A stretch of 64,000 nucleotides of DNA from an uncultured Puniceicoccaceae bacterium (GCA_963933835.1 CAWVVV010000004.1:128001-192000); one strand, 5' to 3'; positions 1 to 10,748 are shown, counted from the stretch's first letter. Notes: a model not told the origin generated them from the sequence alone. Program-made: numbers and translations.

Positions 1-2
1 AG

Positions 3-311
3 ATTGATATTCCTGAGCCACCGAAACCGGCAGTGGAAGAGGTTGCGCCCGACGCAAACTTGAACCCTGAGCCAGAGGTCGCCCCAACTCCTGAGGGAGT
101 GAGCGTAGTGGTTGATAAGCTTACTCGGCCCGGGGCCGTAGTTAGCGGGCAAGTGACATTTTCCGACGGGCAAAAGGCAGGTTGGTTGCTCGATCAGACA
201 GGACAACTCGGTCTCGACGGTGCTCCAAAGGATTACCGTCCATCAGATACGGACTTGGCTGATTTCCAAACGAAGCTAAAGGCCTCATTGCACCAGGCCG
301 GATTGGCATAA
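3..311 (+). CDS. Hypothetical protein, 5'-partial
   Basis: Frame is open from position 3 (ATT GAT ATT CCT...), so the start lies outside the window. Pro/Glu-rich linker followed by a compact domain. Confidence 0.6.
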   Translation: MDIPEPPKPAVEEVAPDANLNPEPEVAPTPEGVSVVVDKLTRPGAVVSGQVTFSDGQKAGWLLDQTGQLGLDGAPKDYRPSDTDLADFQTKLKASLHQAGLA

Positions 312-368
312 ATAGATTTCTTCTGCGGCTTCTTGCCACGGTCCAGTGGAGTGCTAGTTTCCGATCAG

Positions 369-752
369 ATGCCTACTAAATTTCTTCACACTCGAATTCG
401 CGTTAGCGATCTAGAAAACAGTATCGACTGGTATGCGCGTGCAGCAGGCTTTGTCGTCGCTAAACGCAGTGATAAAAGCCCACAGGGCAACCAAGTTGTC
501 CATCTAGAGTTGCCGGGGAATCCCCACATGCTGGAGCTCACCTATTCGCCCGATTTCAAGGTAGAGTTCCCCGAGGACCTCATGCACACCTGCATCGGGG
601 TCGACGACATCATTGAATACTGTGATCGCGTTGAAAAAGATGGCTTTGAGGTCTGGCCGGGTAAATGGCGTGAAAAATTCTCCGATGGTGGCAAGAAAAT
701 GGCCTTCCTCACCGATCCAGACGGCTACGAACTTGAGATCTTAGAAAACTAG
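369..752 (+). CDS. VOC / lactoylglutathione lyase (glyoxalase I) family protein
   Basis: FLHTRIRVSDLENSIDWY...LELTY...AFLTDPDGYELEI. ATG at 369 preferred over TTG at 333. Confidence 0.85.
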   Translation: MPTKFLHTRIRVSDLENSIDWYARAAGFVVAKRSDKSPQGNQVVHLELPGNPHMLELTYSPDFKVEFPEDLMHTCIGVDDIIEYCDRVEKDGFEVWPGKWREKFSDGGKKMAFLTDPDGYELEILEN

Positions 753-1028
753 GGTCGACCTTCGCCAAGATAGATCAGTTGCCGAGTGCGCGCCATCTGT
801 GTTTGGAGATGGGCCCTTGACAGCGCATTTAGTCGGCCTTTCCATCGTAGGCAGTGGCACACACTCGAATTCAGAAAAGAGCGATTGCGATCCTCATTAT
901 TTGCTAAGGAACTGGCCGAAAAGGCGTGTCCAGTTCCGATAACCCTGTTTTGCCGTCACGAAATGAAGCACCATCGACAAGGTGTCTTCGATTGATTGAG
1001 TGTTTTTCAAATTTACGAAGGATTTCCT

Positions 1029-2612
1029 ATGTCCGCACAAAGAACTGTTTACATCTATGATACGACCCTGCGCGATGGTACGCAGGGTGAAGGCGTTTCA
1101 TTTTCAGCCGCTGATAAAGTGCTCCTCGCGAAAGCGATGGACGAAATGAAGGTTGATTTTATCGAGGGAGGTTGGCCCGGTTCTAATCCCCGCGATATGG
1201 AGTTTTTTGACCTGATGAAAGGTCAGACCCTCTCGCATTCAAAACTCGCTGCATTCGGCTCTACTCGTCGAGCCAATGTGAAGGCCTCAGAAGATGCCCA
1301 GCTAGCGACGCTCCTTGCTGCAGACACCCCCGTTATCACCATCTTCGGTAAAACATGGCTACTGCACGTCACGGAGGTCTTGCGCACGACCGCAGAGGAG
1401 AATCTGTCCATGATCGAGGATTCAGTGCGTCATCTGAAAGACTCTGGTCGGCAGGTGATCTATGATGCCGAACACTTTTTCGACGGATACAAGGACAACG
1501 CCGAATACGCCTTGGAGACGCTCAATGCGGCCGTACGGGGGGGGGCCTCGAACGTCTCGTTGTGTGACACGAATGGCGGAAGTTTGCCTCATGAGGTGGA
1601 AGCGATCGTCGAAACCGTCGTGAAGGCCTTGCCCGGTGTTTCAATCGGGATGCACACGCACAACGACAGTGGTCTTGGGGTCGCTCTTGCGCTCATCGGA
1701 GTCCGTGTTGGCGCTGATCTAGTCCAAGGGACAATGAACGGCTATGGTGAGCGCGTAGGGAACGCTAACTTAACTTCCACCGTTCCATCCTTAGTCTTAA
1801 AATACGGTTACGAGGTGGCCTGCGCGAAAAACCTGCATGCCTGGCGCGATCTCTCTTTGCTTATCGCAAAGACGGCGAACCTCGTCCCCGACAACAAGGA
1901 GCCCTATGTAGGGCATTCAGCCTTCGCTCATAAAGGCGGTGTTCACGCCAATGCAGCAAAGAAAGTTTCTCATAGCTATGAGCACATCCGTCCGGAGTTA
2001 GTTGGGAACAAGCAACGCATCTTGCTCTCCGATATGTCGGGCGGAAGCAGTGTCGCGATGAAGGCGAGAGAACTCGGAATGGAGATCGAAGAGAAATCTC
2101 CCGAGATGCGCTCTTTTCTGAAGGAACTCAAAGCGCTCGAGAATCAAGGCTACGAATACGAAAACGCTGATGCCTCATTTGAAGTGCTGCTCTGGCGCCA
2201 CTTCCATAATTACGACGATGCCTTCAAGCTCGTGAGCTATCGGACAATCTCCGAAGTTGTTCGCGGACAGGAGGAGAACTTGTCTGAGGCCGTGGTGAAA
2301 ATCCAAGTCGAGGGTGATTCTGAAATCAAACTCACTGTCGCTGAGTCGCCCGGCCCTGTAGGTGCGCTAGACCATGCAACCCGCGAAGCCTTTGGTGCAC
2401 ACTTTCCTGAGCTTCGATCAGTGAAATTGATCGATTACAAAGTGCGTATTCTGCAGACCGATTTGGGAACAGATTCGGTTGTCCAAGTTCTGATGCTCTC
2501 TGGAGACGGTGAGAACACTTGGTGGACGTGTGGGGCTAACCCAAACATCATAGAAGCTAGTTGGGAAGCGATTCGGGATTCATTCCGTTTCAAGCTCCTG
2601 CGCAGCCAATAG
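1029..2612 (+). CDS. cimA: Citramalate synthase (IPM synthase family)
   Basis: YDTTLRDGTQGEG, IEGGWPGSNPRD, YDAEHFFDG, HTHND, GYGERVGNANL, AFAHKGGVH, and a C-terminal regulatory domain (DYKVRIL). ATG at 1029. Confidence 0.92.
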   Translation: MSAQRTVYIYDTTLRDGTQGEGVSFSAADKVLLAKAMDEMKVDFIEGGWPGSNPRDMEFFDLMKGQTLSHSKLAAFGSTRRANVKASEDAQLATLLAADTPVITIFGKTWLLHVTEVLRTTAEENLSMIEDSVRHLKDSGRQVIYDAEHFFDGYKDNAEYALETLNAAVRGGASNVSLCDTNGGSLPHEVEAIVETVVKALPGVSIGMHTHNDSGLGVALALIGVRVGADLVQGTMNGYGERVGNANLTSTVPSLVLKYGYEVACAKNLHAWRDLSLLIAKTANLVPDNKEPYVGHSAFAHKGGVHANAAKKVSHSYEHIRPELVGNKQRILLSDMSGGSSVAMKARELGMEIEEKSPEMRSFLKELKALENQGYEYENADASFEVLLWRHFHNYDDAFKLVSYRTISEVVRGQEENLSEAVVKIQVEGDSEIKLTVAESPGPVGALDHATREAFGAHFPELRSVKLIDYKVRILQTDLGTDSVVQVLMLSGDGENTWWTCGANPNIIEASWEAIRDSFRFKLLRSQ

Positions 2613-2636
2613 CCACCGGCACTGACGAGTTAGGGC

Positions 2637-3869
2637 TTATCGGGTCGGCCCACCGACTTCGATCACCTCTTCACCACTTTTCACTACGATGAAACGCTCA
2701 GCGGGGGGTCCCGCGAGGTCTGTCCCAGGTGAATAGGTGGCGCGTGTCCAACGGCGAAATTCATCCCGGAGGATGTCTCGGCTCCCGTCGTCCCAGACGA
2801 TGAGACTGTGGTCGCTGAGAATCTCCCACTTGCCCGTTTTTTTGACGACGCCTTCGGACACTAGCTCTGCGTGTCCCCAGCTGAGAATGCGAACGGCACC
2901 CTGATCGGAGAAATCGGGATCAATTGATTTCCAGAGACCACGCAGCGTCGTCATAGTGGTCCGTCGGATGTCGCCTGCGCCGAAATAGCGTGCGGCCTCG
3001 GCAGCGTTCACTTGGCGCGCTTGACGGCGACTCTCGGGTTTGTTCTCGAAATCGTCTTTGCGCCCTAGACTTCCAAGTTCAAAGCCTTTGGGGCGTTTTT
3101 GTAAGATATCCTTCCGTCCAGATGGCCATGTGACCTGGGCCACGCCATCAGTGTAGCTCCAAATTCCCGTCGTATCGTTTTTTGACTTCGTCTTGCGGAG
3201 GGAAACAGATGCTTGGCCATTACGATCGAGAAAGATATAAAATCGGTCCGCATTGTCGGCCATCAGCCCGAAGAAAAGCCCTGGGCTTTGCTCGACCTCC
3301 CAATAACCTACAAATGGGTTTCGCATTGCGCCCCCTGGAGCTTTCATGGCCGGATCTTTCGAACTTGGTCCGGCGATAGAGAACGGCGACGGCGCTTTCC
3401 CTTCGTTCTCTTCTGCTATCTCAGCATCACTGCGCGTAAGGCTTCCAGGGACACGTGAATTGATCCGATAGGTCTGCGCGATGTAGTCAGGCGCCCCATT
3501 TATATCTGAATCTGGGTTATACGCTTCTCGCTTCAAGGTGGACCTATTATCGACGCTCAGGGCGTCTCGGTGGCCGCTTTCCCAAGTAATCACTAGTCGA
3601 GAGTCTACAACCTCCCAGGTGCCTTGGGTGATCTCGGTTGAAGCACTACCGACAAAGAAACAGGAAACCCGTCCACCTCGCTTGATGTTGAAGACGCACT
3701 TGTCGCCGATTTCTTCCTGTGTTTCCCAGAAACCGTAGAAATCACTCGGATTAGCACCGTAGGTAAGTGGACTAATGAAGCAGAAGCTTAGAAATAGGAA
3801 GAAGCAGGTTTTCAAGATGTAAAGTTTTGCGGGGTTTTGATCCTCCATACAACGGAGATTCAATATCAA
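2637..3869 (-). CDS. Exported hypothetical protein with three internal repeats
   Basis: 410-aa ORF with a hydrophobic N-terminal segment and three G.W...G.W...W.[SD]G.RD.L units. Start codon uncertain. Confidence 0.7.
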   Translation of the reverse strand: MILNLRCMEDQNPAKLYILKTCFFLFLSFCFISPLTYGANPSDFYGFWETQEEIGDKCVFNIKRGGRVSCFFVGSASTEITQGTWEVVDSRLVITWESGHRDALSVDNRSTLKREAYNPDSDINGAPDYIAQTYRINSRVPGSLTRSDAEIAEENEGKAPSPFSIAGPSSKDPAMKAPGGAMRNPFVGYWEVEQSPGLFFGLMADNADRFYIFLDRNGQASVSLRKTKSKNDTTGIWSYTDGVAQVTWPSGRKDILQKRPKGFELGSLGRKDDFENKPESRRQARQVNAAEAARYFGAGDIRRTTMTTLRGLWKSIDPDFSDQGAVRILSWGHAELVSEGVVKKTGKWEILSDHSLIVWDDGSRDILRDEFRRWTRATYSPGTDLAGPPAERFIVVKSGEEVIEVGGPTR

Positions 3870-4663
3870 AGTGAATGCTCTATATCAAGGGACTCACCAA
3901 GCTTTGAAAAGTTCAATCGTGTCCAACTGGCGAAGCCATCGTTAAGAGCCGATCGATCAGTGCGATCAGTTTCTGGATTCACGGTCCCTCCTTGGAACGT
4001 AAAGCGATAGGTTTCGCCATCATCTGATGCGTAGAGCGATCCCAGTGAGACATGACTTGGAAGCGTTTTTTGGATCTCAGTTTCCTTCCTCATCGAAGGT
4101 GGGTAATTGAGATTGTGGACGATGAGACCCGGTTGGCCTTCTTCGACGACAACTGCGGCGGCCTCTGAAACATGCCATGCCGATGCCTCCAAAACGTGCT
4201 GGAGTGCTTCTGGGATACGTTCTCGGTCTGCTTGAAGTTGGTCGAAGACCTCGCTTGGGAGTGACTGAGAGGCTGCGATTGCGGGGAGTCCCCAATGAGC
4301 GCCCTCGATCGCCCCCGCCAATGTGCCGGAGCTCAGGAGAAGCGGCATGGAGGTATTGAAGCCAATGTTGATACCCGACACGACAATGCTCGGTCGCTCC
4401 TTCAGAAGGTGCCCGATGGCAATGTTCACACAGTCTGTTGGTGTTCCGTCGATCGTCCAACCTTCAACCCCTTCCACTGGGTGCTTTTCAACATGAACAT
4501 CACGCCTCCTCGACATCGCTCTGCCGATCCAACTTTGTTCGCCTTTGGGTGCGGCCACAACGACTCGGAAGCGATCTGAGAGCGCCCGCACTAAGACATG
4601 AAGGAACGGAGAATCGATGCCGTCATCATTGGTCACGAGGGCGAGAGGAAGGGCAGCTTGCAT
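3866..4663 (-). CDS. surE: 5'/3'-nucleotidase SurE
   Basis: LVTNDDGIDS, DGTPTDCV, VVSGINIG.N, SGTLAGAIEG. Start MQAALP chosen; ORF extends to 4753. Confidence 0.9.
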   Translation of the reverse strand: MQAALPLALVTNDDGIDSPFLHVLVRALSDRFRVVVAAPKGEQSWIGRAMSRRRDVHVEKHPVEGVEGWTIDGTPTDCVNIAIGHLLKERPSIVVSGINIGFNTSMPLLLSSGTLAGAIEGAHWGLPAIAASQSLPSEVFDQLQADRERIPEALQHVLEASAWHVSEAAAVVVEEGQPGLIVHNLNYPPSMRKETEIQKTLPSHVSLGSLYASDDGETYRFTFQGGTVNPETDRTDRSALNDGFASWTRLNFSKLGESLDIEHSL

Positions 4664-4765
4664 AAGGGATGACGGTTGATCCCATAGTCGACCCTGTCGA
4701 GCCTTCGAGGAAGGGTTTCGCTGTGCTTCTTGCCTTTCGAATACCGAAGGCAAGTATCGAAGTTG

Positions 4766-6034
4766 ATGGCCTCAAATACAGATACTTCGAACGATGAGCG
4801 GCGGGATGTTTCTCAACGCATGTTTCGTTTCGATCTCATTCGAGGCTCCATGCAGGGCATATTGGAAGGCTGTTGGCAGGTTTTTTCACTACTCGTCCTA
4901 ATTCGATACTTTCAGGCCGACGACTGGGTTAAAGGTCAGGTAGCGGCGGCATATGGATACGGTTTGATTATGACGCCTTTTGTCATTGCATGGCTCGGCC
5001 GAGGGAAAGGCCAAACGACCCACTTCATGTCAAAGCTCTGGTTGGCTGCGTCAGCCTGTTTAATGGCAGCTGCATTTGTCCCGTCGATCGTCGTGTTTTT
5101 CGGTGCGATGATCTTGTCGCAAATCCTGGTTGCTCAGGGCGTTCCATTGTTCACGGCCTTATACACCCAAAACTATTCGAAGAAGGAACGTGGAAAACGA
5201 CTCTCGCGGTCCGTCATCTTTGTTTCAGCTACACTGACAGTGTTTGGCCTGCTAGGTGGGTATATCTTAGACTATTCGCTAGGCTCGTATCGGATTCTCT
5301 ACGGGATTGGGGCTATCGCAGCGCTCCTTGGGGCGCTATCAATTCGAAAAATGCCGAGTGTGCCGATTGCGACCCTGAATAGCGGGGTGCTTGTAGAAAA
5401 TCTCCGCATGGCAGCCAAAGACCGCGTTTTTCGCCAATTACTGATTCGCTGGATGATAATGGGGATGGGAAATCTCATGCTGATTCCGCTCCGCATCGAG
5501 GTCTTAGCTAACCCGGAATACGGCATCAATGCGACCAACACTCAAATCGCATTTCTGATGACCTTCCTTGTTCCCGTTTTCCGCCTCGCATCCACCACGG
5601 TGTGGGGGAACGTCTTCGATCGATACAACCTCATTACCGTTCGCGTGGCGATTAATGGAGTTTTCTTTGCGAGCATCGCGCTCTTCTTCTTTTCGGGGAA
5701 CTTGGTCGGAATGGCGGTCGGTTGCGCACTCTTTGGAATCGCGATCGGTGGAGGCAGCGTGATGTGGGCCTTATGGGTAACTAAGGTTGCGCCACCTGGG
5801 AAAGTGACTCTCTACATGAGTGTGCATGGATTTTTTACCGGGACTCGAGCAGCCGTCGCGCCGTTCGTGGGATACGCTTTGCTCACGATAATGAGTCCTA
5901 TGCTAGTGGCTTCTATTTCGATCGTCCTGATCGCGCTTTCAACTTTTATATTCTTTCCTCTACGCCGTATCCTGATCGACAAAGATAAAGCGGATGAAGC
6001 GCGTCTACTTGGCCAGAGCCTCAATCGTAGATAA
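4766..6034 (+). CDS. MFS transporter
   Basis: About 12 hydrophobic segments and a KERGKRLS loop. Start uncertain (ORF from 4730). Confidence 0.75.
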   Translation: MASNTDTSNDERRDVSQRMFRFDLIRGSMQGILEGCWQVFSLLVLIRYFQADDWVKGQVAAAYGYGLIMTPFVIAWLGRGKGQTTHFMSKLWLAASACLMAAAFVPSIVVFFGAMILSQILVAQGVPLFTALYTQNYSKKERGKRLSRSVIFVSATLTVFGLLGGYILDYSLGSYRILYGIGAIAALLGALSIRKMPSVPIATLNSGVLVENLRMAAKDRVFRQLLIRWMIMGMGNLMLIPLRIEVLANPEYGINATNTQIAFLMTFLVPVFRLASTTVWGNVFDRYNLITVRVAINGVFFASIALFFFSGNLVGMAVGCALFGIAIGGGSVMWALWVTKVAPPGKVTLYMSVHGFFTGTRAAVAPFVGYALLTIMSPMLVASISIVLIALSTFIFFPLRRILIDKDKADEARLLGQSLNRR

Positions 6035-6347
6035 AGCTGGGGAGGACCCACAAAGTGAAGAAGGCTATAGCAACGACGATTACAGCGACAGCAACACACC
6101 CAAAAGATTGCGCTCGGATGGATGATTTTACCAACTGTGGGTCGAGTAGTGGTTCGTATTGTGCCGCCGGTATTTCAGGCTCTGGCACTGCAACGACAGA
6201 CGGTGCTGTGGTCGGCACATGGTCAGTTGGCACGCAATCAGACGATTCGGTTTCACAACTAGCGATGAGCTGATCCAGCCACTGCAGATGATCAGCCACC
6301 TTTTGCCGCTGAGCCCGCAACTCTCTTAGTTCGTCCGCATCCGCCAT
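6021..6347 (-). CDS. Hypothetical membrane-anchored protein
   Basis: Coiled-coil N-terminus and a C-terminal TM helix; follows the ndk terminator. Confidence 0.55.
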   Translation of the reverse strand: MADADELRELRAQRQKVADHLQWLDQLIASCETESSDCVPTDHVPTTAPSVVAVPEPEIPAAQYEPLLDPQLVKSSIRAQSFGCVAVAVIVVAIAFFTLWVLPSFIYD

Positions 6348-6425
6348 CTATCGATAATATCGGTCACTGAGCGGGCGGCCTTACTCTGATTGATCGACGT
6401 CAGTTTCCCAGATTGAGGCAAAAAT

Positions 6426-6451
6426 AAACCCCGGCGCAAACGCCGGGGTTT
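6426..6451 (-). terminator. Rho-independent terminator of ndk
   Basis: AAACCCCGGCG-CAAA-CGCCGGGGTTT perfect 11-bp stem with a T-rich tail on the minus strand. Confidence 0.8.
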
Positions 6452-6478
6452 GTAAAGACGATCTAGCTTAACAAGTTC

Positions 6479-6895
6479 CTAAGCAAAGACTTCGCCAGCG
6501 TCGAAGAATCGCTTGAGCTCAACTTCAGCAGCCTCAGGACTGTCTGATGCGTGCACGATGTTCTTCATTACATCACTGCCCCAGTCGCCACGGATTGTTC
6601 CACCGGGGGCAACCTTTGAATTTGTCGGGCCAACGAGGAGGCGAACGCGATCGATGACACCGTCGCCTTGGAGGGCCAAAACGATCACAGGTAGCGAGCT
6701 CATGAACGCAGCGATCTCTGGAAAGAAGGGCTTGTCGGCGATATGGGCGTAGTGCTCGACCAGCTTAGCTTGATCGAGTTGGATCATCTTGGCGCCAATA
6801 ACGGTAAATCCAGCTTGCTCGAAACGGTCGATGGTTGCTCCGACCTTACGCTTCGTAAAGGCATCGGGTTTGAGGATAATTAGGGATTTTTCCAT
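6479..6895 (-). CDS. ndk: Nucleoside diphosphate kinase
   Basis: MEKSLIILKPDA, HYAH..KPFF, GTIRGD, NIVHASDS. Confidence 0.95.
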   Translation of the reverse strand: MEKSLIILKPDAFTKRKVGATIDRFEQAGFTVIGAKMIQLDQAKLVEHYAHIADKPFFPEIAAFMSSLPVIVLALQGDGVIDRVRLLVGPTNSKVAPGGTIRGDWGSDVMKNIVHASDSPEAAEVELKRFFDAGEVFA

Positions 6896-6977
6896 ATCTG
6901 GTGCTCTTTTTTGCATTATAAATAAGCCGGCAAAAGTGTCGCAACGGAGCTGATGGGCAAGCGGAAAGAGGACCAAA

Positions 6978-7965
6978 TTAACTCAACTCGATATCGCGGC
7001 TTTTCATCTTTGAGCGCACGTATCTCTGGACTTGGGACAGACTCGCAAGACGTGGCACCTGTCTAAGCTGCTGCGAAATTTTTGTCAGCTCGCCTGATTC
7101 TGCGATTTCAACCAATTCATCACCTACATAGTCGAAGGCACTCTTGATCGAAAAGTGTTCTTCCCAAACCCGGCGAGCGGTGATCTCCATTTCGATCATT
7201 CTGGGCAAATGTTCCCTCAAAATCTCATCGAGTTGATCAATGTCTTTTTCGGCGACGCGGATCGAAAAAGAATCCCAGTCGATGCCTCCCGGCGGGACCC
7301 AGTCATCCGAAATGATGACGGGGACACGGCCTGACTCCATGACTTCGAAAAGCCTGATCGAACCGCATCCGCGGCCACGGGGGCACAAGACAAACGATGA
7401 CTCCAAACTATAAGCGACAAATGCCTCCCGTAAGGCTTCGATCATAAACTGGTTTCCTGAGGTATAAGCTGGAATGACCATGCCTGAAGTATCGTAGATC
7501 GGATTCGATCCGCTGTTCTTACGAATTCTGATACGGATAGGGTGGTTCGAGCAGGAACCGCAGAAGCTATACAGATACCGCCTATGAGCAGAGTGGTCTA
7601 ACTCCGCGAGGACGCCTGAAGGTGTCGTGGACATAGAACCCGGTTCGAGCCTAATCCGAATGGTGCCACTTATTTGGGATCGATGCGTAGAGGCCAGGTA
7701 TGATTGGAACCGGATAGTCATCGCGGCAGAATATAAACGACTTCTGTTTCCACCGCTTGTAGACTGGATGATTGCGAATCGATTTAAAATGCGTGCCGAT
7801 ACCTGAATCTGCGAAAAGAATAAAGTCTGCCTCTGCGGGGTCATCAACGAGTGCATGGCGACGCGCAGCCGCACCACTTTGTCGTAAAAAGCGATACGGG
7901 CCTAAGTGCCAGTCGTCAGGGTGCGGTTTTTCCGACCGGCCGGTTTGGATCGAGATGTTGGCCAC
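6978..7965 (-). pseudogene. Exostosin (GT47) family glycosyltransferase, disrupted
   Basis: N-part DDPAEADFILF...PGLYAS ends at TAG 7653-7651; C-part FVLCPRGRG.GSIRLFEVMESGRVPVIISD is in another frame. Confidence 0.75.
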
Positions 7966-8126
7966 TAGAGTTTAGAAGGATACTGAGAGGAGAACCTCTT
8001 CATCTAAGAGCAGATTCCATTTTCATTCTATTGTCTAGTAGTGGATCTATTCTCCAGCGAATTATAAACTTTTTACATTCCTCCAAATCATGGAATATAT
8101 TCAGATGTGGGGGCTCAACATAGACA

Positions 8127-8748
8127 ATGAACAGACTTAAGCTTAACTTCCTAGGGGTGCTGTCATTCAGTTTTCTCACCCTCTATATTCCGAAAATGTC
8201 GGCGGACGAGATGAAGCATCTCGGCGTTGGCGACACGGTTCCCCAAGAGACGATTCAACTAGAGACCGGTGAAAGAGTGAGTCTCCTCGACCACTTAGGT
8301 GGAGAACCAGCAATTCTGATTTTCTACCGAGGTGGATGGTGCCCATTTTGCATCAAGCAACTCGCGCAACTGAACGACATTACCGAGGAGCTTGCCGCCG
8401 AAGGCGTTCAGCTTATCGCCATCAGCACTGATCTCCCGGAAAAGCTCAAAGCCAAAGAGAAGCTCTCAAATCTCGACTACGAGCTTGCCTCAGACAGCAC
8501 GATGGAGCTTTCGCAGGCCTTCGGAATCGTTTAAGGTCGATGACAAAATAGTGGAGAAGTACATCGGCTGGGGTATTGATCTGGAAGGTGATTCCGGTGA
8601 AGACCACCACCTGTTACCGCATCCGTCCGTATTTGTCGTTGATCGTGCTGGTGTCATCAAATTCGCCCACGTAGATGCGAACTATAAAACGCGCCTCTCG
8701 ACCGACGAGGTTTTAGCGGCAGTCAAAACTGTTTCAGGAAATGAGTAG
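8127..8748 (+). pseudogene. Peroxiredoxin-like AhpC/TSA protein, frameshifted
   Basis: FYRGGWCPFC in 8127..8534; LPHPSVFVVD...NYKTR continues in another frame; break near 8529. Confidence 0.75.
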
Positions 8749-8873
8749 GCGACCTCGGAGAGTCTGTAACCCAATCTTGCGCTTCTTTGGTGTTGGTTAC
8801 AAAGTAACGATAAGTTCACCGAGTTAAGCTGAATTTAGCTCGTCAATGAAGGTCATGAGTAAAGGCTCCCGTC

Positions 8874-10748
8874 ATGCAGTCACCTGCGTCTGAAACTAGC
8901 TCTCGTGCTGAAAAGCGCTTGATCGACCTAGAGGGAGTTCTGCCTCCTGGGTGGATGCGGTCCGCGTGGAGAGGACTCAAGCCACTGCACGAGCCGTTCC
9001 TTAAATTTGAGGAAACGAACCGCGCCTACGATCGCTTATTGGAGCTTTCGAGGAGCTCAGGAACATTCTTCGACCATGGACTAGAGACGATGGACGTCAC
9101 CTATGAGGTGTCCGATGAGGACCGAGAACGCATCCCAAAGGATGGGCCTCTTATAACAGTTTCAAATCATCCTTTTGGTGGCATCGATGGGGTGGCATTG
9201 GGCCATTTACTGACACAGGTGCGAGGCGATGTCCGCATCCTGGCCAACCGCCTCCTTGGTCAGATCGAACCGATAAAGCCGTGGCTCATCGAAGTTGACC
9301 CGTTCGGTGGGGAAGGTTCCGTCAAATCGAATTTAGCCCCTATGCGCCAAGCACTCAAATGGCTGCGTGGAGGTGGATGTTTGCAACTATTTCCGTCGGG
9401 AACCGTTTCGCATCTGCATGCCCGCCGCCGACAGGTAACCGACCCAGAGTGGGTATCGAACCTAGGAGGTCTGATCAAGCGCTCAAAGGCGACAGTCGTT
9501 CCGATCTACTTTGAGGGCTGCAACAGCAATCTATTTCAAGCGCTAGGTCTTGTTCATCCTCGTCTTAGAACGCTCCTCCTTGCGCGCGAGCTGATGAATA
9601 TCCGTGGGCGCTGCCTGCGCATGAGAGTAGGCAATCAGATCTCCGCGAGTCGTCTGGCAAAATTCCAGAGCGACGAGACGATGATGGGGTTCCTGCGATT
9701 GAAGACCTACATTCTGCAGAACCGTGAGCTCCAGTCGCGCACCAGCTTCCGCTTCAACTTCCGTCGACGTTCCGCAGCACGGATGGAACCAATCGCCCAA
9801 GCGGTTGAGCAATCGCTTATTGAACAGGACCTCAAGGCTCTGCCAATCGATCAAAATCTCGTCGAGCAGGGCGATTACAGCGTTTACTACGCACGTGCGA
9901 AACAGATCCCTAACATCCTAGAAGAAATTGGTCGCCTCCGCGAGTTGACCTTCCGGGAAGTGGATGAGGGTACGGGACTGCCCATTGACCTCGATCAATT
10001 CGACCGCGACTACGTCCATCTCTTTCTCTGGAACCGAAAGGCCTCCGAGATCGTCGGGGCCTACCGGATTGGGGCGACGGATGAAATCCTCGATAAGCAA
10101 GGTCCTGCCGGCCTCTACACCACGACGCTCTTTAAGTTTAGACCGGGGGTGCTCAAAGGCCTGAACCCGGCTCTCGAACTGGGTCGCTCTTTTATCATCC
10201 CGAAGTATCAACGGCGCTATGCCTGCCTCAGCCTTATCTGGCGCGGCATCGGTGCTTACGTTGTCCTGAATCCACGCTACAAGACACTTTTCGGTCCCGT
10301 CAGTATTTCGAAGGAGTATCAAAGCCTCTCGAAAAACTTGATCATGACGTATCTCAAGGAGCACAGCTTTGATCCAATTCTGGCCAATCAGGTCAAGGCC
10401 AAGAAGCCACCGCGGTCTCGCTATTTTGGGCGACTCGATCGCCAGTCCTTCAACACTAGTGTAAAGGACATCGAGGATGTATCCGCCCTTATCTCCGAAA
10501 TCGAAGATAAGACGAAGGGCGTTCCAGTCCTTCTCCGGCAGTATCTAAAATTCAGTGCGACGATGCTCAGTTTCAACGTCGATCCAGAGTTCAACGACTG
10601 CATTGATGGCCTCGTCCTCGTCGATCTCTCGAAGACGAGCGAGCGCATCCTTCGGCAATACATGGGGGTTGAAGGTCTAAAAGCATTCTATGCTTACCAC
10701 GAAGTTCGTCTAAGCGAGACGATCGAGATCAGCTCGAACGAGTCCTAG
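8874..10748 (+). CDS. Bifunctional acyltransferase (PlsC-like + GNAT), OlsF-like ornithine lipid synthase candidate
   Basis: N-terminal NHPFGGIDG (HX4D) and FPSG; C-terminal EIGRLRELTFR...GAYR...ELGRSF...PVLLRQYL. Confidence 0.8.
   Translation: MQSPASETSSRAEKRLIDLEGVLPPGWMRSAWRGLKPLHEPFLKFEETNRAYDRLLELSRSSGTFFDHGLETMDVTYEVSDEDRERIPKDGPLITVSNHPFGGIDGVALGHLLTQVRGDVRILANRLLGQIEPIKPWLIEVDPFGGEGSVKSNLAPMRQALKWLRGGGCLQLFPSGTVSHLHARRRQVTDPEWVSNLGGLIKRSKATVVPIYFEGCNSNLFQALGLVHPRLRTLLLARELMNIRGRCLRMRVGNQISASRLAKFQSDETMMGFLRLKTYILQNRELQSRTSFRFNFRRRSAARMEPIAQAVEQSLIEQDLKALPIDQNLVEQGDYSVYYARAKQIPNILEEIGRLRELTFREVDEGTGLPIDLDQFDRDYVHLFLWNRKASEIVGAYRIGATDEILDKQGPAGLYTTTLFKFRPGVLKGLNPALELGRSFIIPKYQRRYACLSLIWRGIGAYVVLNPRYKTLFGPVSISKEYQSLSKNLIMTYLKEHSFDPILANQVKAKKPPRSRYFGRLDRQSFNTSVKDIEDVSALISEIEDKTKGVPVLLRQYLKFSATMLSFNVDPEFNDCIDGLVLVDLSKTSERILRQYMGVEGLKAFYAYHEVRLSETIEISSNES

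Noticed and set aside
786..995. 69-aa ORF upstream of cimA as a leader peptide
   Set aside because: No Ile/Leu/Val codon run and no terminator hairpin; probably spurious.
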